Shown in pieces: positions 63,720 through 64,000 of a stretch of 64,000 bases of DNA. The translations under genes and the position numbers were made by a program. This DNA is from Camelus ferus (lineage: Eukaryota). The notes beneath the pieces are model-generated. The model ran no database searches, was not told where the DNA came from, and worked only from the letters and a program-made list of their open reading frames with translations. Every line of letters begins with the position of its first letter. Position 1 is the stretch's first letter. The stretch covers positions 50,284,001-50,348,000 of the forward strand of contig NC_045697.1 in assembly GCF_009834535.1 (NCBI RefSeq), read 5' to 3'.

Positions 63720-64000
63720 GGCTTCAATTTTTGAAATCAATCAAACTCAGGTCTAGTCCAGGCTCTGGCCCTAGTTCTTTTGAGGAAATTATTCAAAAGA
63801 TCTGAAATTTGACTTCATCATCTCTGAAGGGTAAACGATCCCACCTACCACAATGAATTGAAGTAGTTCAATGCAGTGGCCAAAAGCATCAAAGCCAGCC
63901 TCAAAATCACTTCATCACCTTGGCCAAGTTACTGCACCTCTGTGGGCCTCAGTTTCCTCACTTGTACGTTGCAGTGAATGACACCTAACTTCACATGGTT
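63720..64000 (+). mobile_element. Two adjacent MIR fragments; the second runs off the window end
   Basis: 'gcagtggccaaaagcatc...ccttggccaagttactgcacctctgtgggcctcagtttcctca..tgta...cacctaacttcacatggtt', with an upstream 'ccaggctctg...cttcatcatctctgaa..gg...cccacctacc'. Confidence 0.75.

Noticed and set aside
1..64000. CRISPR array, operon, defence system, tRNA/rRNA or intact retrovirus/transposase
   Set aside because: The sequence is mammalian. There are no regularly spaced repeats with spacers and no long ORFs, LTRs appear solo, and DNA transposons are short non-autonomous MITEs.
1..64000. Apparent window-wide abundance of TGA(C/G)TCA AP-1 heptamers
   Set aside because: TG/CA-rich heptamers are common in CpG-decayed mammalian DNA and several sites lie in repeats. 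Enrichment cannot be claimed without a dinucleotide-matched background test.

Overview
This is AT-rich, CpG-depleted eutherian mammal genomic DNA, most likely intergenic or deep intronic. A camelid source (alpaca/llama/camel) is my best guess. The youngest LINE-1 3' UTR (19508-20318) resembles camelid L1 from memory, and I saw no Alu, B1/B2, Bov-A/tA, CAN or PRE-1 SINEs. I recognise no host protein-coding gene, tRNA, rRNA or CRISPR array. The only ORFs with recognisable protein homology are LINE-1 ORF2 C-terminal fragments. The window is a mosaic of transposon fossils: L1 of several ages, L2, L3/CR1, MIR, MaLR MLT1 solo LTRs, ERVL LTR16/LTR33 and hAT MITEs (MER5, MER45, MER58, MER94), plus microsatellites. 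Repeat family names come from recalled consensus sequences, and old-element boundaries are approximate. I found no convincing novel biological system. The most notable directly visible oddities are: two dispersed local duplications of 37-39 bp (55028/55988 and 50129/51548); a very young L1 with a perfect 16-bp target-site duplication (TSD); several nested or fused transposon junctions; a chain of + strand exon-like splice-site pairs at 9.5-19 kb (possible lncRNA); and a few motif clusters that could be enhancers.
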